A DNA stretch of 64,000 nucleotides from Bacillota bacterium (GTDB taxonomy: Bacteria > Bacillota > Clostridia > Christensenellales > SZUA-584): NCBI GenBank assembly GCA_023408075.1, contig JAEYKW010000046.1:1-64000 (forward strand), read 5' to 3'. The notes below the pieces were generated by a model. That model did no database searches. It was given only the letters and a program-made list of their open reading frames with translations, and was not told where the DNA came from. Below, one piece after another: positions 10,125 through 19,561 of the stretch (the stretch's first letter is position 1; each line of letters begins with the position of its first letter). Position numbers and translations under genes: made by a program.

Positions 10125-10243
10125 ATCGTTCCTCCATCTGTTTTGGAATATTTTCATTGATACCATTAACAGGATATACTATAATTGGTTTAATAGAAGA
10201 GCCAATAATCGATAAATACATAAGAACCAATCCGGAGGTGGCC

Positions 10244-11641
10244 ATGTTCGGTTTGCTTATAGACAGAGCGCTTTCCGTTCCGATCACAACACAGCTGACG
10301 CAGCAGCTCAGAGAGGCAATTCTCTGCGGCAAAATCGCTGCGGGGCAGAAAATGCCGCCCACGCGCCAGCACGCGAAAGAGCTCGGCATATCGAGAAATT
10401 CCGTGATCCAGGCCTATGAGCAGCTCATTGCGGAGGGCTATTTAAACAGCGCCATGGGATCCGGCACTTATGCGGCCAGTATCGACGCGAGCGAGAGTTA
10501 CCCCAAAAAAAGCGCAAAAGCCGATGACAAACATGCTGGTGATGAGGCGTCTCAGGACGTGATCGTTTTTGACCCCGCCAATCCCGATCTATCTGTGTTC
10601 CCGAAGGCGTTGTGGGCTAAAACGCTCAAGGAAGCATGCTTTGACGCACAGCCGGACGATTTCGGGTATACCAACCCCGGCGGTCATCCCGCGCTGATCA
10701 AAGCCATCGCGGATTATCTTTACCGGGCCAAAGGCATATTCTGCGCGCATGAACGGATTTTTATCGTGCCGGGTACATCCGCGGGCATTGAAATGACATC
10801 GCGGCTGCTCTATAAACCGGGCGCCTGCGCGGTGACGGAAGATCCGTGCCTCAATTTTGCACGCCACGCGATTCAAAAGAGCGGGCTTCGAGTGGTCCCC
10901 GTCGAATCGGACGCGTCCGGCATCTGCACCGGCCTGCTGCCGGACACTGAGAACCTGCAGTTGATTTATGTGGCATCGTCTCACCAGTATCCATTGGGCG
11001 GCGTTCTGCCCGCAAGCCGACGCATTGCGCTGCTGGAATATGCGCAAAGGCAGGACGCATTTGTGATTGAGGACGATTACGACAGCGAGTTCCGTTATCG
11101 CGGTGAACCGATACAGTCGCTATGGCATCTGGACTGCGAACGCGTGATTCATCTTGGGAGCCTCAGCAACGTATTTTCGCCGTCGCTGCGCATCGCGTAT
11201 ATGATATTGCCGTCACTCCTCGCCGGGCGGGCCAAGGAGCACGTCAATTCGCTCAACATATGGACGGGCGCGATTGAGCAGATCGGCATAGCCCGTTTGA
11301 TGGAGACAAAACAGCTCGACCGCCACGTATTTCAAATGAAAAAGAGGTATGATGCCAAGAGAAAGCACTTGATTGCCTGCCTCAATGCCGCTTTCGGCGC
11401 GGATATCGTCATATCGGGCGACAACGCGGGGCTATATCTGATGGTCACGCTGCCGCGCCGCCTCACACACGAAGACTTTGCGGCCTTTGAGAGCATCGGC
11501 ATTGATGCCGATTATGTGGAAGACTATGCACTGATTAAAGGAAAGCATGAAAATCAGCTCGTGCTCGGTTTCGGAAACCTGAGCATGGAGAAGATTGAGG
11601 AAGGGGTCAGGCGGCTCAAGGCATCATTGCCGGTGCTTTAA
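10244..11641 (+). CDS. MocR/GabR-type transcriptional regulator (GntR HTH + PLP aminotransferase-like domain)
   Basis: N-terminal GntR winged helix (PTRQHAKELGISRNSVIQAYEQLIAEGYL) followed by a class-I aminotransferase fold. Divergent from the AKR gene. Confidence 0.8.
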   Translation: MFGLLIDRALSVPITTQLTQQLREAILCGKIAAGQKMPPTRQHAKELGISRNSVIQAYEQLIAEGYLNSAMGSGTYAASIDASESYPKKSAKADDKHAGDEASQDVIVFDPANPDLSVFPKALWAKTLKEACFDAQPDDFGYTNPGGHPALIKAIADYLYRAKGIFCAHERIFIVPGTSAGIEMTSRLLYKPGACAVTEDPCLNFARHAIQKSGLRVVPVESDASGICTGLLPDTENLQLIYVASSHQYPLGGVLPASRRIALLEYAQRQDAFVIEDDYDSEFRYRGEPIQSLWHLDCERVIHLGSLSNVFSPSLRIAYMILPSLLAGRAKEHVNSLNIWTGAIEQIGIARLMETKQLDRHVFQMKKRYDAKRKHLIACLNAAFGADIVISGDNAGLYLMVTLPRRLTHEDFAAFESIGIDADYVEDYALIKGKHENQLVLGFGNLSMEKIEEGVRRLKASLPVL

Positions 11642-11666
11642 GCCTGTCCGGAATTGGCACCATTGT

Positions 11667-11675
11667 GCTATAATA
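11667..11675 (+). promoter_or_regulatory. Extended -10 element (TGCTATAAT) upstream of the methyltransferase gene
   Basis: TGnTATAAT lies 17 nt before the start codon region. Confidence 0.3.
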
Positions 11676-11691
11676 GTCCGGCGGAGGAATT

Positions 11692-13017
11692 ATGCTGAAG
11701 AAAAACGACGAAGTGGAAATCACAATAGACGATTTAACGGTGGAAGGCGCGGGCATTGGCCGGTATGAGGGGCTTGCCGTTTTTGTGGCGCACGCGCTGC
11801 CCGGGGAAAAGATAGAAACCAAAATCATCAAGCTCACTAAGAGCTATGCGGTCGGCAAGCTCATGGAAATCATAGAGCCGTCGCCGGAGCGCACAGTGCC
11901 GTTCTGCGGCGTATTTGAAGCCTGCGGCGGGTGTACGCTGCAGCATCTTCACTATGAGCAGCAGCTGGCCTTCAAAGCGCGGCATATCAAAGAATGCTTT
12001 AAACGCATCGGCGGCATTGAGATTGAGCTGCCGCACGTGGTATCGGCGGACAACATCCGCGACTACCGCAACAAGGCGTCGTTTCCCGTGGCCCCGGTGA
12101 ACGGTAGGGCGCAGGCCGGGTTTTTTGCGCCGCACAGCCACAGGCTGGTTGCGTGCGACTGCCCGATACAAAAGCAGGTGATCAACGATGTGAAAAACAG
12201 GGTTGTCGAGTGGGCCAACGGCAATAAAATTGCGCCATACGATGAGGAAGCGCATGCGGGTCTGCTGCGGCATGTCGTCGTGCGGCAATCCTCCGGCGGT
12301 GAGCTGATGGCGGGGGTGGTGCTGCGCGACTGGACGGATACCAAGACACTCGAAAGAGCGCTTGCGCCTGCGGCGCAAAGCATCGTTATCAACCGAAACG
12401 AGAAGAAACAGAACGCGATACTCGGCAGCCAAAACCGCACCGCTGCGGGTAACGACTATATCACAGAAACCTATGACGGTTTGCGGTTTCGTGCCGGGCT
12501 CACTAGCTTTTTGCAGGTGAATCACGAGCAGTCCGAAAAGCTGTACCGCATTGCGCTTGAGTACGCGCAAATCACGCGGGACGACACCGTGTTTGATTTG
12601 TTCTGCGGCATCGGGACGATCTCACTGCTGGCTGCAAGGCAGGCCAAAACGGTGCTCGGTATTGAGTACGTGCAGGAGGCTGTGAAAAACGCGGAGGAGA
12701 ACGCACAGCTCAATGACATCGGCAACGCCTGTTTCCTTGCGGGCGATGCGGGGCAGATGATTGATGAGGGGATACGACAATACGGCAGGCCGGATATTGT
12801 GATTCTCGACCCGCCGAGAAAGGGCTGCGACGCGCCGCTGATCAAAAAAATTGTGGAGGTTGCGCCCAAGCGCATTGTGTATGTCTCATGCAATCCGTCC
12901 ACGCTGGCGCGGGACGCCGCGCTGTTTGAGGGATATAGCATAGACAAAGTGGTTGGGGTAGATATGTTCCCGCATACGACGCATGTGGAGAGCGTGGTAT
13001 TGATGTCAAAGGGTTAG
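11692..13017 (+). CDS. 23S rRNA (uracil-C5)-methyltransferase, RumA/RlmD family (TRAM + Fe-S + SAM MTase)
   Basis: N-terminal TRAM domain, Cys cluster CGVFEACGGCTLQH...C and a class-I MTase motif (DLFCGIGTISL). Confidence 0.8.
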   Translation: MLKKNDEVEITIDDLTVEGAGIGRYEGLAVFVAHALPGEKIETKIIKLTKSYAVGKLMEIIEPSPERTVPFCGVFEACGGCTLQHLHYEQQLAFKARHIKECFKRIGGIEIELPHVVSADNIRDYRNKASFPVAPVNGRAQAGFFAPHSHRLVACDCPIQKQVINDVKNRVVEWANGNKIAPYDEEAHAGLLRHVVVRQSSGGELMAGVVLRDWTDTKTLERALAPAAQSIVINRNEKKQNAILGSQNRTAAGNDYITETYDGLRFRAGLTSFLQVNHEQSEKLYRIALEYAQITRDDTVFDLFCGIGTISLLAARQAKTVLGIEYVQEAVKNAEENAQLNDIGNACFLAGDAGQMIDEGIRQYGRPDIVILDPPRKGCDAPLIKKIVEVAPKRIVYVSCNPSTLARDAALFEGYSIDKVVGVDMFPHTTHVESVVLMSKG

Positions 13018-13035
13018 TCAAAACACAAGTTGCCT

Positions 13036-13065
13036 TTGACAGCGAACCCTGTGATAACATAATAT
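13036..13065 (+). promoter_or_regulatory. sigma-A type promoter (TTGACA-17/18-TAATAT)
   Basis: Near-consensus hexamers lie upstream of the cyclophilin gene. Confidence 0.4.
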
Positions 13066-13128
13066 ACGGTTAATCAGAAAAGATTGATAAAAAGTAAACG
13101 AAGGCGTATTAATTTGGAGGAAGTCATC

Positions 13129-13776
13129 ATGAAAAAAATAGTCTATGCGATGCTCTGCATATTGCTTGTATTATCGGCTGGCTGCGTAAATTCCAACGGA
13201 TCCATACAGCAAACTGACGAGGCTGCGCCTCAATCCACTGAATCCGTACAGCAATCTGATGAGGCTGCGCCTCAGTCCGTCGGGAAAGTTCACGTCGCCA
13301 TAGATGTGAAAGATTACGGGACGATTACCGTCGAACTTGACGGGGATAACGCACCGATAAGCGTAAATAACTTTGTCAGCTTGGTAAAGGAAGGCTTCTA
13401 CGACGGACTGACCTTTCACAGGATTATGACCGGATTCATGATACAGGGCGGCGATCCTAAAGGAACCGGAAAAGGCGGCTCAGATAAAACGATAAAAGGC
13501 GAATTTTCTTTAAATGGCGTGGAGAATACCCTGTCTCACACGAGGGGGGCCATCTCAATGGCGCGTTCCGATGACTATAACAGCGCAAGCTCTCAGTTTT
13601 TTATTGTTCATGAAGACAGCACGTTTCTGGACGGTCAATACGCGGCCTTTGGTTATGTGACTGACGGAATGGATATTGTCGACAGGATATGCGAGGATAC
13701 GCCGGTGGTGGATAATAACGGGAAGGTAGAGAAGGAAAATCAACCTGTCATTAATTCCATCAAGGTGATTGATTAA
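13129..13776 (+). CDS. Cyclophilin-type peptidyl-prolyl cis-trans isomerase lipoprotein
   Basis: Lipobox LSAGC. Cyclophilin motifs FHRIMTGFMIQGGDP and SQFFIVH. The N-terminal linker has a tandem repeat (QQ[TS]DEAAPQS twice). Confidence 0.85.
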   Translation: MKKIVYAMLCILLVLSAGCVNSNGSIQQTDEAAPQSTESVQQSDEAAPQSVGKVHVAIDVKDYGTITVELDGDNAPISVNNFVSLVKEGFYDGLTFHRIMTGFMIQGGDPKGTGKGGSDKTIKGEFSLNGVENTLSHTRGAISMARSDDYNSASSQFFIVHEDSTFLDGQYAAFGYVTDGMDIVDRICEDTPVVDNNGKVEKENQPVINSIKVID

Positions 13777-13856
13777 CGAGCCATCGTGCAGCCCGGGTGC
13801 TGCCGATAATGGAAAATATTGTTAGTAGATGGATTTGAAAACAACAGGAGACTTTT

Positions 13857-14159
13857 ATGAGTGAAGTTTTGAAATTGGAAGATTTGATAATGGGCTGTTC
13901 AGAAACTGGTTACGAAGAAGAAGTTGTAAAGCTCATGCGAGACAATGGCACAACTGTTGATGACTTTGAACACGTCGGCAAGTGTGATTCGGAATGCCCA
14001 AATTGTGGGGCGGAAGATTTCAGTATTTTGCAAAGGAATATAGGCATCCTAAAAAATGAGGAAAAGGTTACTTTCGATTTAGATAAAGCTGATGACATTT
14101 TCAATTTCGCGATATATTTATGTAATAATTGCGGAAAGTGGACGACCTATATGGAGTAA
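13857..14159 (+). CDS. Hypothetical C4 zinc-ribbon protein
   Basis: CDSECPNCG ... CNNCGKW pairs; AT-rich context. Weak support beyond the ORF and Cys spacing. Confidence 0.35.
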   Translation: MSEVLKLEDLIMGCSETGYEEEVVKLMRDNGTTVDDFEHVGKCDSECPNCGAEDFSILQRNIGILKNEEKVTFDLDKADDIFNFAIYLCNNCGKWTTYME

Positions 14160-14348
14160 TGACGAAATTCGGTATATTGGAGTATCGAGAGATTATTAAA
14201 ACCGAGTGAGCAAAGACAATCGCGGCGCTTCTTTTTTATCCGGGCACTAAAACATTGCAAATATATACAATATAGTTTATATTTGAAACATTCCTTGTAA
14301 ATTCTGTTAACAACGTTTTCTCAAAATGAAATATCGAAGGTAAAACCG

Positions 14349-15338
14349 ATGAAGCGCAGATTATTAATACTCGGCATTGCCGCCATATTTATTTTGGCGC
14401 TGCTGCCAACAGCCGTACTGGCGTACGATTCCGGCGGCGAGACGTACAACGCCCACGATTACAACGCGATGGTAAACTTCTTGAACCAGCCTTCGGCAGT
14501 CAAGGGTCAGACAAACGCTCAGCGGCTTGGCTACGATATATCGCAGCCCGAAACGTGGACCGATGTTGTTTGGAGTGATGATACGGAAAAACGCCTTGTG
14601 CAAATCGGCTCGGAAAGCGGCGCGAGCGCCTGGACCAGTAAAAGACTGGCAGGCTCCATGGACCTCTCAAACTGCACCGCACTTGAAAAAATCAATTGTG
14701 ATTCAAACAGCATGACTGCGCTTGACGTAAGCGGTTGCACGGCGCTTCAAGATCTGAATTGCATGGACAATCAACTGACAGCGCTCGATATAAGCGGATG
14801 TACTGTGCTTGTCAACCTGATATGCAACTTTAACATGTTGACAACGCTCGATATTAGCGCAAATACGGCGCTTGAGGATCTGGCATGCTATGGTAATCAG
14901 CTTGCATTGCTCGATGTGAGCACAAATAAGGAACTTAAAATATTGGTATGCAGTTACAACCGACTGACAGCGCTCGATGTGAGCGCAAACACGGCGCTTC
15001 AAAATCTGTCTTGCAGCCAAAACCAGCTTGCACTGCTCGATGTGAGCACAAACACAGCACTTAAATATCTTGATTGCCGTGAAAACCAGCTGACAACACT
15101 CGATGTGAGTCAATGCACGGCGCTTATAGATATGGATTGTGGTGGAAACCAGCTCACAGCGCTCAATTTAAGCGAGTGCACGGCGCTTCAAAAGCTCAAA
15201 TGTGATGAATCAGTTGCGGTAACGGGATTTACACCGCTCTGGGTGTATTTCGAGTACGGCTTAGGGCTTCTTGTCCTTGGCGCTGTAACGGCATGGATAC
15301 TGATCCGCCGCAGGCGGAAGAAACGCGCTAATCACTAA
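14349..15338 (+). CDS. Cell-surface leucine-rich-repeat protein with signal peptide and C-terminal TM anchor
   Basis: Signal peptide, N-terminal cap domain (YNAHDYNAMVNFLNQ...), about eight 22-residue LRRs (LTALDVSxxTALQxLxCxxNQ) and a C-terminal hydrophobic helix plus RRRRKKR. Confidence 0.75.
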   Translation: MKRRLLILGIAAIFILALLPTAVLAYDSGGETYNAHDYNAMVNFLNQPSAVKGQTNAQRLGYDISQPETWTDVVWSDDTEKRLVQIGSESGASAWTSKRLAGSMDLSNCTALEKINCDSNSMTALDVSGCTALQDLNCMDNQLTALDISGCTVLVNLICNFNMLTTLDISANTALEDLACYGNQLALLDVSTNKELKILVCSYNRLTALDVSANTALQNLSCSQNQLALLDVSTNTALKYLDCRENQLTTLDVSQCTALIDMDCGGNQLTALNLSECTALQKLKCDESVAVTGFTPLWVYFEYGLGLLVLGAVTAWILIRRRRKKRANH

Positions 15339-15405
15339 TATGGAAAAACGTCTATTTCTTATGTGAGCGACGCGGGGCGGATGATTGAGGTTTGCCTTTT
15401 TCGGT

Positions 15406-16350
15406 TTACTCCTTGTATTCACTTCCGTATATGGCAGCTATATCATGTATTCGATGCTTCATTTCTGTGCGGACATGTAACGGCTCCAAACACTCGCATT
15501 TATCCCCAAAACTGAAAAGTATATTGTAGTAGTATTCGTTCTCTATGAAAGGAAAACGAACAATGTAATGCTCATCTCCGTCTGGCGAAAAGTATTCATA
15601 AGTGCAATAATCAAGAACCCTGTCCATGACAGATTTATGAATACGGATTTTGATTTTTGTTTGCATAGCTGCCAATGTATCAGCAAAATCCAACTGCGGT
15701 TTTCGATAATCTCGAGGCGTAAAAAATTCCTCTTGTATTTGCAGGTTTGATGTGCGGGACAGCCTGAATAAGCGAAAATCATTTCTTTTATGGCAATACC
15801 CTTGCCAATACCAATGACTGCTTTTCAATACAAGCTGATACGGCTCGGCTGTCCGTGCGGTTTTATTTCCGTAGCGGTCTGCATATTCAAACGAAAGCAG
15901 CCTGCTTTCCTGTAAAGCTGTCTTGATAATTTCTAAATAGGGTTGTACAGTCCTGTTGCCCATCCACGGGCATAAATCGATATATATTTGATTTGCTTTA
16001 AGTTCAATGTCTTTCGCTCTGTCGGCGGGGATAAAACTCTTCACTTTCGCAAGGGCGTTTACCAGCTCATCACCCCGTATCATGCCCGAAAGACTGGAAA
16101 GCCCCATCAAGATAGCGGAAAGGTCGGCAGTCGAAAAAACCTTTCTGTCAATCTTGTATTCCTGCATGATTTCAAAGCCGCCGCCCACGCCCGGCGCTGA
16201 GCGAACAGGAATACCCGCCATGTTGATCGCGTCTATGTCGCGGTAGATTGTGCGGGGTGAAACTTCAAACATATCCGCTAGCTCCTGGGCGCCTATACGC
16301 TTTTTATCAAGGAGTATCATAATAATGCTAACAAGCCTGTCAACTTTCAT
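15406..16350 (-). CDS. WYL-domain transcriptional regulator (HTH-WYL-WCX, YafY-like)
   Basis: HTH (AQELADMFEVSPRTIYRDIDAINMAGIPV) plus a WYL domain. Start chosen at MKVDRL downstream of a minus-strand promoter. Confidence 0.75.
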   Translation of the reverse strand: MKVDRLVSIIMILLDKKRIGAQELADMFEVSPRTIYRDIDAINMAGIPVRSAPGVGGGFEIMQEYKIDRKVFSTADLSAILMGLSSLSGMIRGDELVNALAKVKSFIPADRAKDIELKANQIYIDLCPWMGNRTVQPYLEIIKTALQESRLLSFEYADRYGNKTARTAEPYQLVLKSSHWYWQGYCHKRNDFRLFRLSRTSNLQIQEEFFTPRDYRKPQLDFADTLAAMQTKIKIRIHKSVMDRVLDYCTYEYFSPDGDEHYIVRFPFIENEYYYNILFSFGDKCECLEPLHVRTEMKHRIHDIAAIYGSEYKE

Positions 16351-16383
16351 CTGATAGCCGGCTTCCCCAATTTTTTTGTTATC

Positions 16384-16412
16384 AGTATAGATTGTGGCCA
16401 TGCTGATGTCAA
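16384..16412 (-). promoter_or_regulatory. sigma-A promoter for the WYL regulator (TTGACA-17-TATACT on the minus strand)
   Basis: The reverse complement reads TTGACAtcagcatggccacaatcTATACT. Confidence 0.4.
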
Positions 16413-16468
16413 CAATTGTGGGTATAATTAAATAGTAAGATTGGAAATGCAATAAATGGAGGTAATTT

Positions 16469-17107
16469 ATGTCTGCGATCTATGTTTATATTCTTGATAC
16501 TTTAGCCGACTGGGAACTTGGGTATGTTATTTCGGAGCTGAATTCCGGCCGGTTTTTCAAAAAAGGCGAGCAACGTGTATCGCTCAAAACGGTTAGTTAT
16601 TCTGGGGAGCCAATCAATACAATGGGCGGGATGACAATAGTGCCCAATTGCTTAATTGATGATATCGTTGTGAGTGAAACAAGTATGCTGCTATTGCCGG
16701 GCGCAGATACATGGAACGACCCAAAGCATAGCGCTATCATCGAAAAAGCAAGCGAATTTCTCTCTCTAGGCGCTACGGTGTGTGCAATCTGTGGGGCTAC
16801 CGCAGCACTTGCCAACTTTGGGCTACTGGATAAGCGTCCGCATACCAGTAATGGACCGGGGTTTCTTGAAATGGTTTCTCCTGCCTATAAAGGGCAGAGC
16901 TTTTATATAGACAAGCCATCTGTAGCAGATAACAACCTTATTACTGCAAGTTCCACCGGAGCTTTGTTATGGGCAAAACAAATTATTGAGCATTTAGGTG
17001 TTTTTCAATCGAACACGCTGGAATTCTGGTATGAGTATTTTAGTACCGGTGAGCCTGAATATTTCTTTGCCCTCATGCAATCTTTGCCGTCCGGCAATGA
17101 AAACTGA
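16469..17107 (+). CDS. DJ-1/PfpI family (class-I glutamine amidotransferase-like) protein
   Basis: Nucleophile elbow CAICGAT, LLLPGADTW, about 210 aa. Divergent from the WYL regulator. Confidence 0.75.
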   Translation: MSAIYVYILDTLADWELGYVISELNSGRFFKKGEQRVSLKTVSYSGEPINTMGGMTIVPNCLIDDIVVSETSMLLLPGADTWNDPKHSAIIEKASEFLSLGATVCAICGATAALANFGLLDKRPHTSNGPGFLEMVSPAYKGQSFYIDKPSVADNNLITASSTGALLWAKQIIEHLGVFQSNTLEFWYEYFSTGEPEYFFALMQSLPSGNEN

Positions 17108-17156
17108 TCGTTGCTCGGTGGGTAGTTCGTTGTGTCCGAATACTGTTCTAACCAAT

Positions 17157-17359
17157 GAGCGGCGGTTTTAAAACCGCCGCTCTGCTTGATAAAAAATCCC
17201 ACCCTGTCATGCTGAGGAGCGTAGCGACGTGAGCATCCCATGGCTAAACGCGTATAACATGGGATTTTTCGATCGCTTACGCTCACTCAAAATGACGTTT
17301 AGTACTTTGTCAGCAGCCTGAACGGCGGTTTTAAAACCGCCGCTCTGCTTATTTTTCAG
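17157..17359. repeat. MITE-like palindromic element, copy 1 (137-bp core flanked by a duplicated 26-bp hairpin)
   Basis: Core 17183-17319 has imperfect terminal inverted repeats (GTCATGCTGAGGAGCGTAGCGACGTG / revcomp GTCATTTTGAGTGAGCGTAAGCGATCG) and is about 90% identical to 53115-53281. Flanked on both sides by (G)AGCGGCGGTTTTAAAACCGCCGCTC. Confidence 0.55.
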
Positions 17360-17403
17360 TCAATACCACGCACTCACGAGGAACGAGGTCATCACTTAAA
17401 AAC

Positions 17404-18378
17404 TTAGACGGTCGGGGTGCCGCAATCCGGGCAGAATTTGCTTGCGACCATCTTACGGCATTTGGGACAGAATTGGTCCCCGGTTGCTGCAGCTTGTGCC
17501 GCCGCTGGTTGGCTCGGCGCCGTACCCATTGCGCCCGCCATCTGCTGCGCCATCTGCGCGCCCATCACCATTTGCGCGCCCATCGACGCAAAGCTGTTGT
17601 CGTTGGCGCCGGGTGTCGTGAAACTGTCCGCCATTTGAACGGTTGCATACTTGCCGACGTTGTTCACGAAGGCTTGGCCAGCCACACGCTCCGCCATTTG
17701 CTGTACTTCCGGCGGGTAGTTGATACTGAGGATATTCACGTCGTCCACACCCAAACCGAATTCTTGCAATTCCTTGTCGAGCTCAGCGCAAATGACTTTC
17801 CCCAATTTGCGGCTGTTTTGCTGCAAGCCGATGAGCGCGTTGACGTTGATGTTCTGCTCTCCGCCCAAAATAGCTTCCGCAACCACAGGATTCAACTCGC
17901 CCATGATGCGTTCTGAAATGTCCGAAAGCGAATAGGTATCCTTGACGCCTGCGACTTTATCGATGAACGTCTGATAATCGCGGAACTGCACAATCAGGTT
18001 GCCGTGGCAGCCAATGGGAATGCCCGAGGGAACCTCGGGAGTGGGAATCATGATACGTTGCCGGGTGCCCCATTGCAGCAAGAGCTGCTTGCTGTTGATG
18101 AAGTAGACCTCCGCACGCATTCCGGTGTCGCCGCGCAGGCTAAACCAGCCTTTGAGCGTGGAGAGGAAGGGAACGATATCGGTTGCAACATCGTAGCTGC
18201 CCGCGTTTTCAAAAACGCCTTCGATCACGCCGTTCGCGAAAAAAATCGCTTTTTGTCCGGCTCGGATAACGAGCTTTGCGCCTTTTTTTATCTCCTTGGC
18301 AGGCCACTTGTAAAACAATATATCATCCCGAAACTCTTCCCATTCGATCGTATCCTTGCCTTGTCCAAACCATGCCAT
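17404..18378 (-). CDS. SPFH/Band-7-like domain protein with C-terminal zinc ribbon (B. subtilis YdjI-like)
   Basis: N-terminus MAWFGQGKDTIEWEEFRDDILFYKWPAKEIKKGAKLVIRAGQKAIFF is typical of the SPFH-like 'Band_7_1' family. A Gln/Ala/Met-rich linker is followed by CPKC...CPDC. Confidence 0.55.
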   Translation of the reverse strand: MAWFGQGKDTIEWEEFRDDILFYKWPAKEIKKGAKLVIRAGQKAIFFANGVIEGVFENAGSYDVATDIVPFLSTLKGWFSLRGDTGMRAEVYFINSKQLLLQWGTRQRIMIPTPEVPSGIPIGCHGNLIVQFRDYQTFIDKVAGVKDTYSLSDISERIMGELNPVVAEAILGGEQNINVNALIGLQQNSRKLGKVICAELDKELQEFGLGVDDVNILSINYPPEVQQMAERVAGQAFVNNVGKYATVQMADSFTTPGANDNSFASMGAQMVMGAQMAQQMAGAMGTAPSQPAAAQAAATGDQFCPKCRKMVASKFCPDCGTPTV

Positions 18379-18401
18379 ATACTTTTCTCTCCCATTATTT
18401 T

Positions 18402-19499
18402 TTATTGGTATTCAAGAAAAAGATAAACAACCCCCACGATAGCCGCAACCGCCAAAACAGTTGCAATCGCAATCTTGGCCGCGCTGTACGGCCGCTGCCC
18501 GTCTACCTTTCCCGTTTCGCCGTTGACGAAGTAACGATAGGTTTTCCCATTGTAAAAGAATGTGGATGCCCAGACCGGCAGCAACATGTGTTTGTACGTC
18601 ACGTCCGTGTATTTCGCCTCAATGGAGGTTACGTCGGCTTCGTCGTACTGCTGCAGAATTTGATTTTTGGCCATCGAGCTAAGGACACTTTCCATGACGC
18701 TTTTTGCCCTTTCAAAAGCAGCATCTGCCTTAACTTTATACAACTCGGCATAATAACCGGACAAATATGCGGCTGAATAAGGCACCGTGTTCTCTACCGT
18801 ATTAAAGGGCAGAATTTTCGCGATATCCTTTTCGCGATCAGAGGCGCAGATTTGAACGTCGTTAAATGTGTTGTCTACCACACCCGATACGTGGTGCCAA
18901 TCAACCGTAGTATGTCTGTTTCCGTCCTTATCAGTCTCGGTTCGGGTGTCACCGCCTCGTCCTTGATAAAACGCGACAGCAGAAGCGTCATACGTCCAAA
19001 AAGGAAGGTACATACCGATGAGTGCGCTGCCCAAGCTAAACTTTTTTTTGAAATCATTGGGGGCGAACCAGATCGATTTTACCCATGCCTTAAATTTTTG
19101 AATGGCGTTATTTTTATCGATCTTGAAGGGGATAATCCCTTCGGGCGGAATCCCTGCCGCTTGCTTCACGGTAGCAATCTGCACAGACCCGCACATCGGG
19201 CAGGTTGTCGCGACCGCCATATCGTCGAATGTGATTTCATAGCCGCAGTTCTGGCATTGCGCCACCGCAAGGCCCTCAAATGCAACGCTTTGCTGCTCAC
19301 GCTGCGCATACTGGCTGAAATCATATTCCTTCACCCCGTTTGAAAGGGTTTCCATCGTGGCCGGCGCTTTACATGCCTCACAGCGGAAACTTTGGCTCTC
19401 GATGTCGTACTTAATTAAACCGCCGCAATTTGGGCAGAGAAATGTTTGCGTGTTCACGTTTACCTTTTTCACATCGGTACTTGTTTCTGCCTGAATCAT
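18402..19499 (-). CDS. Multi-zinc-ribbon protein with C-terminal TM anchor (YdjG-like)
   Basis: Three CxxC...CxxC ribbons (CPNCGG..CEAC, CQNCGY..CPMCG) and a C-terminal hydrophobic helix. Sits immediately upstream of, and co-oriented with, the SPFH gene. Confidence 0.45.
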   Translation of the reverse strand: MIQAETSTDVKKVNVNTQTFLCPNCGGLIKYDIESQSFRCEACKAPATMETLSNGVKEYDFSQYAQREQQSVAFEGLAVAQCQNCGYEITFDDMAVATTCPMCGSVQIATVKQAAGIPPEGIIPFKIDKNNAIQKFKAWVKSIWFAPNDFKKKFSLGSALIGMYLPFWTYDASAVAFYQGRGGDTRTETDKDGNRHTTVDWHHVSGVVDNTFNDVQICASDREKDIAKILPFNTVENTVPYSAAYLSGYYAELYKVKADAAFERAKSVMESVLSSMAKNQILQQYDEADVTSIEAKYTDVTYKHMLLPVWASTFFYNGKTYRYFVNGETGKVDGQRPYSAAKIAIATVLAVAAIVGVVYLFLEYQ

Positions 19500-19552
19500 G
19501 TTCCAGCCTCCCCTTGTTGTAGGTTTATCGTTGCACTGTGATTTGTAAAACT

Positions 19553-19561
19553 ATTATAGCA
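19553..19561 (-). promoter_or_regulatory. Extended -10 (TGCTATAAT, minus strand) upstream of the zinc-ribbon/SPFH operon
   Basis: The reverse complement of 19553-19561 is TGCTATAAT, about 45 nt upstream of the AAGGGGAGG RBS. Confidence 0.3.

Noticed and set aside
10123-10243. Inverted repeat ATTGGTT...AACCAAT in the AKR/MocR divergent promoter region
   Set aside because: Arms are short (7 bp) and far apart (~38 bp); could be chance in AT-rich promoter DNA. Not reported as a MocR operator without further support.
14703-15113. 136-aa minus-strand ORF with an internally repetitive sequence (HIE(Q/R)CKLV...)
   Set aside because: It is the reverse-frame echo of the 22-codon LRR repeats of the plus-strand gene; the periodicity is inherited, not independent.
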